Source of the DNA: Histomonas meleagridis 2922-C6/04-290x
Taxonomy: Eukaryota > Protista > Parabasalia
Assembly: GCA_020184695.1 (NCBI GenBank)
Contig: JAANOX010000261.1
Coordinates: 1-64,000 of the forward strand
Length of the DNA: 64,000 nt
Reading direction: 5' to 3'
Positions 25,480 through 36,760 of this stretch are shown here, piece after piece; position 1 is the first letter of the stretch, and every line of letters begins with the position of its first letter. The notes under the pieces were generated by a model. That model was given only the letters and a program-made list of their open reading frames with translations, was not told the origin of the DNA and ran no database searches. Made by a program: the position numbers and the translations under genes.

Positions 25480-25550
25480 GGGGGCTGAAAGCTCTTCAGC
25501 ATCCGGGGGACTCGAAGGAAACCCCGGATGCTGATAAGCTTTCAGTCCCC
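25480..25550. other. GC-rich long hairpin
   Basis: GGGGG-CTGAAAGCT-ct-TCAGCATCCGGGG [13-nt loop] CCCCGGATGCTGA-ta-AGCTTTCAG-TCCCC. Confidence 0.9.
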
Positions 25551-25771
25551 TAGATTGGCTCGCTCCGCTCGCTACAAAAATCAAAATAATTTTTGTGAGC
25601 CATACAATTCATCTGGAAATTTGAATGAGCATGTAATTTTAAGTAAACGCGGAACTTTTTGAGAGAAAGGATAGCACTTTTATGACACTTTTCGCATAAA
25701 CCTATCAAAAACCTTGTATAACCAGCACAAATTGTCCCGGTTATGTTTGGTCGGACATTCATTCTATTCAA
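25550..25771 (-). pseudogene. MULE-like transposase fragment ending at the hairpin
   Basis: Nucleotide similarity to 18420-18620 (GAGCCATACAATTC, TAAACGCG, TAAACCTATCAAAA, CACAAATTGTCCC). FDFCSER here versus FDYRSER there. Confidence 0.45.
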
Positions 25772-25849
25772 TTTATCTTTGGTCGGAGGTTAGTAGTCAA
25801 AAAAGCGACGGTTATTGTTTGGTCTAATGGCAAACTATATTTTTCATAA

Positions 25850-26191
25850 ATGCTTAAACCTGTAACTAAAACGTATTTTTGTACTTCACAAGAAGAAAAC
25901 CGTTTTCCGCCTGAATTTGTGGATTCTCAAAATCCTAGATATATAGTAGTACAACAATGTAAGTGTAAATTTAAGGAATATTTAGTATCTGATGTTTCAA
26001 TGCATGCTGATTTCATTGAACGTGATCATTATGAAGATTATTTTTGTATTTATACGAATGAAAATAGAACTAAATATAAGAAATATGAATATAACAGTAG
26101 AAAACCAAATTTTAAAATATGGTTTATAGAAATGAATGGTAAAGAAATTGAACCAGAATATTTTATGTTAGAATTATTATCAATTTATTAA
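25850..26191 (+). CDS. Small Maverick protein, possibly minor capsid (penton)-like
   Basis: Intact 113-aa beta-rich ORF (MHADFIERDHY, KYKKYEY, FKIWFIEMNG..YFMLELL). It resembles from memory a conserved trichomonad Maverick ORF; the penton assignment is inference. Confidence 0.55.
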   Translation: MLKPVTKTYFCTSQEENRFPPEFVDSQNPRYIVVQQCKCKFKEYLVSDVSMHADFIERDHYEDYFCIYTNENRTKYKKYEYNSRKPNFKIWFIEMNGKEIEPEYFMLELLSIY

Positions 26192-26211
26192 ATAAAAATC
26201 ATTTTTTATCA

Positions 26212-26946
26212 ATGTTTAGTATTGAGAATGCTACGCAAGGAATAAAAACTAATGTTGTTGCTGCTCCTGAAATTATTGACCAAGATGACTTACAAAAAGT
26301 TTTAGCAAATTATCCAACAAATGACCAAATAACAGAAAAACTTAATACTATAACTTCGATTACATTACCTCAATTATACTATAATAAATCACAATCAGAT
26401 GAAAAATATTCTACCAAAAGTCATACTCATAATACAATAAATAATGATTTAACAGTGAATGGGAATGTACAAGTTACTTCATTAAATGGTTTTCAATTGT
26501 CAACAGCAGAAGGTGGTAAATGGGATACAAAATTATATGTGCCATCTATTATTACATTAAAAGAAGATGGTGTTGTAGAAGTTGGTCAATATATTGATAT
26601 GCATAATAATGCAGATTATGATAAAGATAATACATGGAGAATAACTGCTAATACTAATTCATTAGATTTTAAATCAAAAACTGGTTCATTATTAAGTTTT
26701 GGTAGTAATGGTAATATTCAATGTGCATCTATTAATAATTTAGATACATCTAAGATATCTTTAAATGATCATAATCATGATGAAATTTATGCTAAAAAAG
26801 ATCATGAACATACAAATTATGCTTCATCGAAACATACACATAGTTATAATGATTCGAATGATAAACCTGCAACATTTCCACCTTCAGTTCATACTCATAG
26901 TTATAACGATTTAAATGATAAACCTGAAACATTTCCGCTTCAATAA
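26212..26946 (+). CDS. Tail-fibre-like protein
   Basis: HxH repeats (HTHN, HNHD, HEHT, two copies of HTHSYNDxNDKPxTFP) and VGQYIDMH..DYD..WRI. Probably continues out of frame to ~27180. Confidence 0.65.
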   Translation: MFSIENATQGIKTNVVAAPEIIDQDDLQKVLANYPTNDQITEKLNTITSITLPQLYYNKSQSDEKYSTKSHTHNTINNDLTVNGNVQVTSLNGFQLSTAEGGKWDTKLYVPSIITLKEDGVVEVGQYIDMHNNADYDKDNTWRITANTNSLDFKSKTGSLLSFGSNGNIQCASINNLDTSKISLNDHNHDEIYAKKDHEHTNYASSKHTHSYNDSNDKPATFPPSVHTHSYNDLNDKPETFPLQ

Positions 26947-27219
26947 ATAATGTTATTAGAAGATCAAAATCGAAATTTTACAAGATACTTTTGATTTCGC
27001 TACACATGGTGAGTTTTATTTTATAGTAAATAATACTACAGATTATGAAATTGGTGATGTAGTATTATTTGATGGTAATAAATTATCAGATGATTTAGTA
27101 ATAACTACTAAAATATTAAATTTAATAGTTGGTAAAGTAACAGGTAAAATAGATGAACATTTATTAAGTGTATTTCAAGAATAAACAGAAATATTTTATA
27201 TCATTTATATTTTATTAGA

Positions 27220-28860
27220 ATGGAAGAACGTGAACCAAAAAAAGAACCTATTAACAATAAATCTCCATTAGATGAAGTACGACGTTTAGCCTTACTTAAT
27301 GATGAAGAACCTGAAAAACAGCCTTCTTTTTACGAATTTTTAATGCGAAATTTAAGAGTGATTTTTCGTAATCTGAAATTTGATTTATCATTAAATAATT
27401 TTTTAAAACTAATGGATGGTGCAACAAAATCTGTTAGAAATGGGGTTCCAATATCACCAACATATAAAATTCAATTTAAGTCTATGATAGAATATTATCA
27501 AATCATTATTAATAGTTTTATTATAAATTTTTAAAAAAAAACTCAAATTAATACAAAATTAAATTTTGATGAATTCAAAAAATTAATTAATGATATTATT
27601 AAAAAATATAATATAGATTATATTGATGGACATATAGGTTTATATACATTAAATGAATATTATAACTATTATAAATCTATTCTTCTACAATATACACCTT
27701 TAAGAATATTACTTCATAAAATATTTGCAAAAGAAGTAGAAAATGATTTTAAAAATGGGAAACCTAAAACTATACAAGAATTTATTAATTTCTTAATTAC
27801 AAAATTAAGTAACTCAAATATAACAGAAAATATTCCATTAGATTATGCTTATTCATTATATCTTTTATATTATTTTTATCATTTTAGATATGTAACTCCA
27901 AATGAATTTTACAATATTTATGAAGATAAACAAAATATTAATACAGGTTTTAAAACTTTAAATAAAAATAAATATTTATTTAAAAAATTAAATATACCTT
28001 ATAGTATTAATTACACAAATATAGGTAAAATAAAACCGAATATAAATTATTTTCCTTTCAAATTAAATAAAAAATATCAATTAAAATATATTGGAGGTAA
28101 TGGAGAATATCAAATGGATTTATTTTTTTCACATAGTGATGAATTTAATTATGATTATTGTTATTTATTAGCTGTAGAAGTACAAACTAGATATTTATTT
28201 GGTACTTTTACTAATATTAAAATAAACGATAAACATAGTAAAAAATCAATCGAAAGCTTTATTTGAACTTAATGGTACAGGTTTATTTAATCCTAAAATT
28301 ATTCATTGTGATTCAGGAACAACATTTTTATCAAAACCTTTACAATATATTTCAAATCATTTAATTGGTACTAAAATAATTCCTGTTAAAAGAATAATAA
28401 TTAAAAATAAATCTTATCCTATACATTCATCTTTAGCTATAATTAATAGAATTTGTAGAACTATTAGAGATATGGCTGATAATATGGGTTTAGAGTGTAT
28501 TGAACCTCATGATATGAATAAAATTATACATAATTATAATTATACTTATCATAAAACATTATCTAAATTGAATCATAAAAAAATATCACCATATGAAGCT
28601 AAAATAAAACAAAAATCTTTTGGTTTACCTTTACATGAATTAAATTATAATATTATGAAACAAAAAGGATTTTATTTACCCCTGGTACAACAGTAACAGT
28701 TTATAACACAGATCAATTATAAAAGAGATCAAAAATGTTACCAGATATTTATATAGTAGATAATTTTGAAAAAGGTAAATTTAATATTCATAATGATAAA
28801 GGAATAAAAATGTCAGTACCAAGATATATATTAAATCCTGTTTCAAATGCAATTATTATA
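27220..28860 (+). pseudogene. Frameshifted gene ending in an rve integrase domain
   Basis: YQMDLFF, YLLAVEVQTRYLFG, IHCDSGTTF, HSSLAIINRICRTIRDMA, YNYTYHKTL and ISPYEA across frameshifts. Confidence 0.8.
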
Positions 28861-28892
28861 CCTTCAAAAGAAATAGATCCAATGATGTTTTA

Positions 28893-29414
28893 TTAATAAA
28901 TAAATACTTTTTCTAATGAAATATTGAATTCATCCATTAATGTGTTATATTCTTTATTATATTGAGAACTAAAATCATAACCATTAATCTTAATTGAGTT
29001 AACTTTTTTAATTGGATTTACATGTTTTAAACATCCAGGTTCAGGATCTTCATAACTTAATCTAACTTGATTAAAATCAATTTCTAAAATTAAACTTATA
29101 GCTTGTATTAAATCATTAGCATTAATAATAATTTTACCACTATTATCAATTAAATTTGCTATTAATTTCATATTATTTGTTTTTAATATCGCACTAAATG
29201 TTAAAGCTATATGTTTATATGAAGCACTAGCATTATCAGTATTAAGTTCAGTTTCTCTTGTAATTATTTTTGGTGTTTCTTCATTAACTTCAGGATAATG
29301 TGCTGGTGTTTCACTATTGTTATTATTAATAATAACTTTACAATTAGCACTAGAACTATTATGTTCAGTATTATTCTTCCCTACATGGGGTGAGAAATCA
29401 CTTATTTTGATCAT
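28893..29414 (-). CDS. Hypothetical Maverick protein
   Basis: Intact 173-aa ORF between the integrase and polymerase. No recognisable domain. Confidence 0.6.
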   Translation of the reverse strand: MIKISDFSPHVGKNNTEHNSSSANCKVIINNNNSETPAHYPEVNEETPKIITRETELNTDNASASYKHIALTFSAILKTNNMKLIANLIDNSGKIIINANDLIQAISLILEIDFNQVRLSYEDPEPGCLKHVNPIKKVNSIKINGYDFSSQYNKEYNTLMDEFNISLEKVFIY

Positions 29415-29503
29415 AAAAAATAATGATTTTAAAAATTTTTTGTTTAATAACTTACGAATCTGCTAATCCATTAGGTGTACCAATTATACTTACTACATAT
29501 TTT

Positions 29504-32500
29504 TTAACCCTCATCCCAATAATAACCTTGTACTAGTTTGAATTGTATATTTTGGTAAACTATAAGATCTTCCAAGGCTATATTGTCGACGACCATAGTG
29601 ACGGGATTTTCTTCACTAATGTTATTGTCGTCATTTAGGTTTAAACCATTAATCTTTTGAACTATAAGAGGGAAGGGATAATGTTTGTTGACTTTTGTAA
29701 TTTTAATTTCAACAACATAAGCATTTGTATTTGCATTTAAGTAATTTAAATTTAATTGATCTTCTTGAATAACTTTCGGTGGACCGTTAATAACACTTAT
29801 ACGAGCCATAGCGGAGGGATATAATGATACGGCGTCAAAGTCACATAATTCTTCTTTGACATGCCACTTTTTGTTGTATGCAGTCATGCATCTACCTCCA
29901 TAAACTGCTCTTGATAAAAAGTGTCTAACGTGACCACCTACTTGAAATAAATTTTGATTAATTGAATAAACTTTGTTTGTAAATACAGCATTGGCTAAAG
30001 AAGAAATAGATAAATAATTAAAAGGTGAAATATTAAATGATTCTTGAAAACCAATGCAGAATCTGTTAAACCCTTCCCGTAATATAGTAACGTCTTGACG
30101 ACAATAAAATATCGCATATTCCCACATGTTAAAAGTGGCTTCATCTATGCGACAATTAGGGATGTTATTGATATTCGTAAAGAATTCAACATATTTGTCT
30201 TCATCCCATGGTTTGTCTTCATAAATACCTGCTTCATCGATTAACCCTACCCCAGATTTTAAACGTTCTAAGGTGTAATAACGGTAGGGGAATAATTCTT
30301 TTTTGATTCCTTCAATACCAAACATTGAAGGTAATAATTTAAGTTTGCAGGTAAGAATAGGTAATGTGTCTCTGAAGTAAATTAATTTATCATTGAATTT
30401 AACGTCCATTGATAATACTTTTGTACCCTTAATTGTGGATTTTATTATACCAAATTTAGCAATAAATTTAGAATCATAAGCTAAATTATGGAAATAACAA
30501 GTTGAGTTATTTGGTAAATAATTTAATAATTTAAATCCACAATCAGGGCCTTTGAATATTTGTTCATCACTGGCATCATATTTTTGAACTATACATAGAT
30601 AAGGTTGATGTATATCGCCAGTAATATCTGTTTCAAAATCTGCATAATAAATTAAATTTGTAATAATTGGACGTTCTTTTTTCTTCTTACTAATAAATCT
30701 TCTGACACAAGTACCTTTATTATAATCTAAAGAATAATTCATCCCATTGTAAACCTGATCTGAAAAATGAGTTTTTAATAATGGGAAATAAGAATAAGTA
30801 ATTGGTGTAAATAAATTTTTTCTGAATAATAATAAAATTAATTGTAAAGAATCACACTTCTTCTTCTCTTTTGAATTAATTGAATTTGGATTATCGAAAT
30901 TTTGAATGGAATTGATTGTAAAAGGTGTAACCTCTTTGATAAAATAATGTTCTTCGAATAAATATAAATGAACTTTGTAAAGAGCATCCTCTTGTTTACA
31001 CCCAATATAATTAAATGTTTGACCTTGTTTTTGATAAACAATAGGTCTAATTCTGATTTTACCATCTTCATCGATGGATTTATAAACTTTGTGGATTTGG
31101 GCATAAATTGAATGCTCTTTACAAACGAAATCAAGTTTAGAAGCAACTTGATATTTAACTAAAATCCTACAACGGATTTTATCGAGCACTTTTTCTGGGA
31201 TACCTGACTGTTTTAAAGCATAAATAAAACAACAGTCATTCAATTCTTCCCTTTGTTTATTTTCACTATTTAATAGTGAATCGAAGATTTGTAATCTTCG
31301 TAGATATTGTTTGATAACATGGGGAATATTTTCCGAAACTAAATAAGGGAAGAATTGTGCCCCATTTTGAGCTACATTTTGTGCTCTTTCTATACCAAAC
31401 CCCTCTAAATGGATCCAATAAGGTATCCATGCTTTATCTTCATCTGACCCCTCGAATTCTATAATATTAGTATAATCGGGGGTGATGTCTTGTCCATTAG
31501 CTAATGTATTTATCATGTCTTGAAATACATTAGGTAATAATGGTTTTTGAGACCAAACCCCACCTTCACGTAAATAATTTATAAAATAATGTTGTCCAAT
31601 CCTAATCCCACCTATATGATTATGAATATGTTCTAATATTATATTATAAAATGCTCGCCTATCTATATTACCAAACCCCTGGAAAAATATTGTAAAATTA
31701 TCAGGATTATTATTAAGAAAATGTCTTAAATTAATAAAATTATTATGAAAATCCTGAGGTCTAATAGTATAAGTTGGATGTTGGGGTGGCTGGCCTCTAG
31801 GCGGTGGTATTGGGGGATTAGGTGGCATACGATTCGGTACTGGATACCGATTTCTAGGTTGTCGTGGTTGTCGTGGTTGAGGTGGAGGTGGTGGTGGTGA
31901 TGGTTGTGAGGGTGGTATATCTTCAGACTCATTTACAACAGGTTGTGATTGTTGTAATGGTCTTCTTTGTGGTTGAGGAGGGGGGATATATATTTCAGTG
32001 TCAACACCCACGTCATTATAACTTTGAGGTAGAGGATCTATACCGATATTGGTATAACGAGATGGAATGTCTATTTGAGTTTCGGTGTCTTCGTATTTTT
32101 TTGATGGTTGTGGAGGAGTGGGTGTTTCATAGACATTAATAAAAGAATCAATATCATCTAAGTTCATTATTGTAGGATATTGATCGAAGACACTACCTTG
32201 TTGATCTATTTCCTCCTCTTCTAATTTATCCCCTCCTTTATTTTCTTCTATTGAAGAACTTACAATTAAATTAGGGATATTTTCCCAAGTATCAATTGGT
32301 TTATTACCAAAGGTTAATTTAACTTCATTATTAATTAGGAATATTTTATTAAAATATTTTTTTTCTGGTCCTTGATGTAATTCAAATAAATGTCTAATAG
32401 TTAAAAATATATTTAATAATCTATAAAATACTGTAGTTACATCAAATTTTGAATGAGAATGATATAGATTATTAAGTTTCTCTGGTGAATTTAATTCTTC

Positions 32501-34603
32501 TGTAAAGAATTGGACCCAATATTGATATAATAATATTAATTTATTTTTGTCATCTTGAATTAAATTTTTAAAGAAATTAATAAAGAAAATGGCATTTTCC
32601 CATGACATAGATATACCATTAAATATTAATTTTAAATGTTCTGGAATATTTTTTGGTAGCCATTTGTTATTTTCTTTATCATTTTCTAAATATTCTTTAT
32701 TCATATCAAATAAACTTTGAATATTATAATTTTCAATATTAATCATAAAATATCTTTCATTATAACCTTCTAATAATTGAGGACTAAATTCTGGAATAAT
32801 TTCTAAATAATTTGTATAAATAGTATTTGATAATAAATTTTGAATAAAATAATCTTTATCATTCGTGTTATATAATACAAATTTTAAATTATATTGTATT
32901 TTTGTATATTTATTTCTAGTAATTATTATTTTAGGCATTGTTGAAGGTTGTTTAATTATTATTTTATTCTTATTTGGATCATAATAATAATCTTTATTAA
33001 ATTTAAATATTTTAGAATCAATTTTTTGTTCTGCTTCAATTGTACATTTATAATATAAAAATAAAAAAATTTTAAGAATATGAACAAATAAGGCATCTGT
33101 ATTAAAATATAATTCTTTTAATTCATCTGGAATATCTTCATCATCTTCAGGATATTCTTCTTGTTTATTTTCATCAAAATTTAGAATTATTTTAATTGAA
33201 GGTTCTTCTTTCATATACCATAAGTAATAATTAAACCAATCTTGAAATAATGAAATTAAATAATTCTTATCATACCCATTTAAAGTTTTAAGGTAAAAAT
33301 TCAAATAAAACAAAGTCAATCTATAATCATATGTTATATTATTAAATATATCAAAAATATAAAATGGATAATTTTTTTTGGGATCAGCGAAATTTAAATT
33401 AAGTAATCCATTAATTTTATTATTATTATTTTGAATAAAATCTAAATAATCATACTCTTTTTCTTCATTTTTTTTATGGATCTTAAAATCTATATATAAT
33501 CTTTCATTTTCAGGTATTATTAATTTGTTTTGATCAGGTAAATATTGTTCTTTTAACATTTCTTGGTCAGTTAAATAACCAATATATTTTGAATCTTCTA
33601 ATGATTCTTTTAATTTGAGCATAAAATCTTTGTGTTCATAATCGATATTTATTATACCTTCTTCTATATCTCCATTATCATATCTTCTAACATACTTATA
33701 ATTAATTAGATTATATTTAAATATTGGAATCTCTTTTTTGTTTTCATTATTTTTTTCTTTATTTTTTCGTTCTTTTATATTTATAAACATTTGTAAATGT
33801 TTATTTGTTTTATATATTTTTTTATTATAATTTTTTATAATTTTACGATTTGGGATTATTGTTATTTTGTAATATACTTCAGGATAATCTTGTTTTAATA
33901 TCCCGATACGTGTTTCCATTGGGTTTAATAAATCATATTGATTTTCATCTTGTGGATTGAAATAAATTTGTTTATTAACTAAAAATATTACAGATAAATA
34001 ACAATCCAATACTGTTAAAAATACATTTTTAGAAGGAGTAGCATTAAACATTATTTTCTTATCAATGTAATGTCTACACCATTCAATTAAAATATTAATC
34101 AAATATATTTTATCTTTCTCTAATAATTCATCAAAATAATTAACGATAAATAAAGCAATTCTAAAATCTTTCCCAATCCCATTAACAATATTATAAATAT
34201 AATTGGGATAATAATTTTTTACATAATTAATTAATAATTGTTGATGAAATAAAATTTGATAATGTTTTTTCAATAATTGATTTATATCTATTTGAAATTG
34301 TAATATTAAATTTGCACTATTAGTTAGACGTCTTAAGGAAGGGAAATATTTATTATTTTCTTCTTGATTTATAATTTTTTCATAATGAGAATTTTTAAAA
34401 ATAAATGTTTTTTCTTTTTGGAATAAAATATCTGAAAGATGAATATCATATAAATTATTATTATCTTCATTTAAATAAAAAATTAAATCATAATAAGTAT
34501 TTGTATCATTTGTTTGATTTTTGGTTTCTGTTCTTGAAACCTTACCTGGTTGAATTTTTGAGGGTTCTTTGTACCCTGTTTTAGATCTGAAGTCAGTGTC
34601 CAT
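29504..34603 (-). CDS. Protein-primed family B DNA polymerase, C-terminally truncated, with a long N-terminal extension
   Basis: Exo I YADFET, Exo II YFHNLAYD, Exo III YCRQDV and Pol motif A DFDAVSLYPSAM are present. Motif B (KxxxNSxYG) and motif C (YxDTDS) are absent. A Pro-rich linker and three repeated modules lie N-terminal. Confidence 0.9.
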   Translation of the reverse strand: MDTDFRSKTGYKEPSKIQPGKVSRTETKNQTNDTNTYYDLIFYLNEDNNNLYDIHLSDILFQKEKTFIFKNSHYEKIINQEENNKYFPSLRRLTNSANLILQFQIDINQLLKKHYQILFHQQLLINYVKNYYPNYIYNIVNGIGKDFRIALFIVNYFDELLEKDKIYLINILIEWCRHYIDKKIMFNATPSKNVFLTVLDCYLSVIFLVNKQIYFNPQDENQYDLLNPMETRIGILKQDYPEVYYKITIIPNRKIIKNYNKKIYKTNKHLQMFINIKERKNKEKNNENKKEIPIFKYNLINYKYVRRYDNGDIEEGIINIDYEHKDFMLKLKESLEDSKYIGYLTDQEMLKEQYLPDQNKLIIPENERLYIDFKIHKKNEEKEYDYLDFIQNNNNKINGLLNLNFADPKKNYPFYIFDIFNNITYDYRLTLFYLNFYLKTLNGYDKNYLISLFQDWFNYYLWYMKEEPSIKIILNFDENKQEEYPEDDEDIPDELKELYFNTDALFVHILKIFLFLYYKCTIEAEQKIDSKIFKFNKDYYYDPNKNKIIIKQPSTMPKIIITRNKYTKIQYNLKFVLYNTNDKDYFIQNLLSNTIYTNYLEIIPEFSPQLLEGYNERYFMINIENYNIQSLFDMNKEYLENDKENNKWLPKNIPEHLKLIFNGISMSWENAIFFINFFKNLIQDDKNKLILLYQYWVQFFTEELNSPEKLNNLYHSHSKFDVTTVFYRLLNIFLTIRHLFELHQGPEKKYFNKIFLINNEVKLTFGNKPIDTWENIPNLIVSSSIEENKGGDKLEEEEIDQQGSVFDQYPTIMNLDDIDSFINVYETPTPPQPSKKYEDTETQIDIPSRYTNIGIDPLPQSYNDVGVDTEIYIPPPQPQRRPLQQSQPVVNESEDIPPSQPSPPPPPPQPRQPRQPRNRYPVPNRMPPNPPIPPPRGQPPQHPTYTIRPQDFHNNFINLRHFLNNNPDNFTIFFQGFGNIDRRAFYNIILEHIHNHIGGIRIGQHYFINYLREGGVWSQKPLLPNVFQDMINTLANGQDITPDYTNIIEFEGSDEDKAWIPYWIHLEGFGIERAQNVAQNGAQFFPYLVSENIPHVIKQYLRRLQIFDSLLNSENKQREELNDCCFIYALKQSGIPEKVLDKIRCRILVKYQVASKLDFVCKEHSIYAQIHKVYKSIDEDGKIRIRPIVYQKQGQTFNYIGCKQEDALYKVHLYLFEEHYFIKEVTPFTINSIQNFDNPNSINSKEKKKCDSLQLILLLFRKNLFTPITYSYFPLLKTHFSDQVYNGMNYSLDYNKGTCVRRFISKKKKERPIITNLIYYADFETDITGDIHQPYLCIVQKYDASDEQIFKGPDCGFKLLNYLPNNSTCYFHNLAYDSKFIAKFGIIKSTIKGTKVLSMDVKFNDKLIYFRDTLPILTCKLKLLPSMFGIEGIKKELFPYRYYTLERLKSGVGLIDEAGIYEDKPWDEDKYVEFFTNINNIPNCRIDEATFNMWEYAIFYCRQDVTILREGFNRFCIGFQESFNISPFNYLSISSLANAVFTNKVYSINQNLFQVGGHVRHFLSRAVYGGRCMTAYNKKWHVKEELCDFDAVSLYPSAMARISVINGPPKVIQEDQLNLNYLNANTNAYVVEIKITKVNKHYPFPLIVQKINGLNLNDDNNISEENPVTMVVDNIALEDLIVYQNIQFKLVQGYYWDEG

Positions 34604-34770
34604 TTATAAAATGAAGTGAAAAAATAACTGTTTAACATTATATCAAAATATTGTGTGAAAAATGTTTAAGTCAATTTTGATAATATTTTAAAAATTAAAT
34701 TATATCAAATAACTTTGCCACAGAGGTTTTAGTCAAAATTTGATAATATTTTATAAATATAAATGTTTAT

Positions 34771-36385
34771 TTAATAACCATCTGGTGTACCATTAGCATG
34801 GTATTTCAAACCATTGTGTAAATCTAATGTAAAATAAGTATCACGACAAATGAATAATTGTGGTGGAGGTGGATGATTTCCTGCATCATCAACATTATAA
34901 TAAGTATCATTAGCTTGAGTATAAATAGGTTGACCTTTAATTTGTATTGGTATATTTTGACCATTAGAATCTAAACCATCAAATACGTAACCACCACGTG
35001 AACGTTCACATTGTATATTAAGCATAAAAGAAGTAGCATCACTTAATGTATTATTATATCTAGTACCATTTGAAGCATTTCTATCCATAGTTAAAGAATC
35101 TTCAAATTCTTTAGTACATTGTATACCACCATCTAAATCAGAAGCAACTAATTGATATTGTAAAAATCTAGCACCTAAAGTAGAAATAGGTTCATCAGGA
35201 TAATTTTGACCTGCAATAGTTAATTGAACATTATTATAAATAGGATTATCGAAACAAGTATAATCATTAGCATGTTTTGGAAATACAACTGTAATAGTTG
35301 TAACATTAAATAAAGGCATATTAATAGTAGATTGTATACCAGATTCAGTAGCAGCTAATGCAAATGCATTATAATCTAATTGTTGTGAAGGAATTAATAA
35401 ACCTCCAGGTTGTTGAAGTATTTGAGCTATTTGATTTAAAGTTTCTTCTTTAACTCCAAAACCATACATATTAGATTTACATGAAACTACTGTTAAACCT
35501 GTACAATATAAAGAAACATTCTCAGATGCAGTATCAATAGTATGATTAGTTTCAGTATCACATTTAAATGTAGTAGTTATATTAGCAGAATTACCTATTT
35601 GAGTAAAACCATGAGTAAATAAAGGTAAATTATTAAAAGTAGCATTAATAGAAGAATCTTCTAAAAATTCTTTAACTTCTTTAATTTTACGTGGATCTAC
35701 TTGACACCATACTAAACCATTTTGTTTAACATAAAACTTTAATTCAATATCACCAACTAATCTATTTGGATATAAATCAAATGCTTGTAAAGCTAATATA
35801 TCTTCAAATGGAAGATTCATTTCAAATTCGATATCATGTTTATTTCCATCTGCAATTGTATTTAAATCAACATAAGTACCACAAACAGATTGAGAATATT
35901 CTGAAACATTTTCATATAAAGAATGTGTATATTTTCCTAGTTTTCTTTTTCAGCATAAGGTTTAATTCTCTAATAACAATAACATTCACTACTACATTCA
36001 TTTTGTTGATAACCAGTAGAAATATTATTAGACATAATTTGTAATTGATCTAATAATTGATTAGACCTCTTAAAACCTATAAATATTTTTAGCTAAATTT
36101 TCTGGATCTGTTAAATTACCAGATGAAATAGCTTTTTGATAATTGTACAGTTATTCTAAGTTTTAAAATTAATAAAACCTTCAGTTATTTGTGAAATCAT
36201 ATGATCACCATGAGTAATTCTTAATCTAGTTTCTTGTGATTGATTAAAATGGTGCATTTTGATCATGACAATCTTCAGTTCTTAAAATAAAAAGAACGAG
36301 TACCATCATTTTTTTAGCAATTAAATCTTTAAGACGATCAAAATAAGCTCCAACATTACCTTGATCATTTTGTTCATTTTTTTAG
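34771..36385 (-). pseudogene. Maverick major capsid protein (double jelly-roll), 5' third frameshifted
   Basis: The intact 349-aa C-terminal part is beta-rich (QQLDYNAF, TITVVFPK, VQLTIAGQNYPDEP). Broken upstream frames give GAYFDR, DQNAPF, GYQQNEC and KYTHSLYENV. The fold assignment is inferred from context. Confidence 0.75.
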
Positions 36386-36441
36386 ATTGCGTATTATTAA
36401 AATACATTAAGAAAAAAAAAAAAAAATATTCATAATTTTTA

Positions 36442-36726
36442 ATGGCGTGGAGGTTGTGGAATAAATTTAAAAACGGTATAAAGAAAATAGGACCTTTACT
36501 TAAAAAAGTGAAAGAAGGATTCGCAAAAATTAGTCCTCATGTTGAAAAAGGTTATGAATTTGCGAAACAACATAAAGAAGATATTAAAAAGATAGGACCT
36601 TTAAAGAAATTACCTGTAGATAAAATATTTGAAGTAGGTGATAGAATAGCTCCTATATTTAAATCAGTAGGTATGGAAGCAAATGATAAGAGCTTTTCTA
36701 ATTTACATTATGCATTTTATAAATAA
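36442..36726 (+). CDS. Small basic amphipathic protein (protein VI-like) 1
   Basis: MAWRLWNKFKNGIKKIGPLLKKVKEGFAKI. Confidence 0.65.
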   Translation: MAWRLWNKFKNGIKKIGPLLKKVKEGFAKISPHVEKGYEFAKQHKEDIKKIGPLKKLPVDKIFEVGDRIAPIFKSVGMEANDKSFSNLHYAFYK

Positions 36727-36760
36727 AGAAATAAAATATTTATTTTTATTATTATTATTT

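Noticed and set aside
30838-32139. His-rich and Val-rich alternate-frame ORFs within the polymerase gene
   Set aside because: By-products of the CCA/CCT-rich proline linker.
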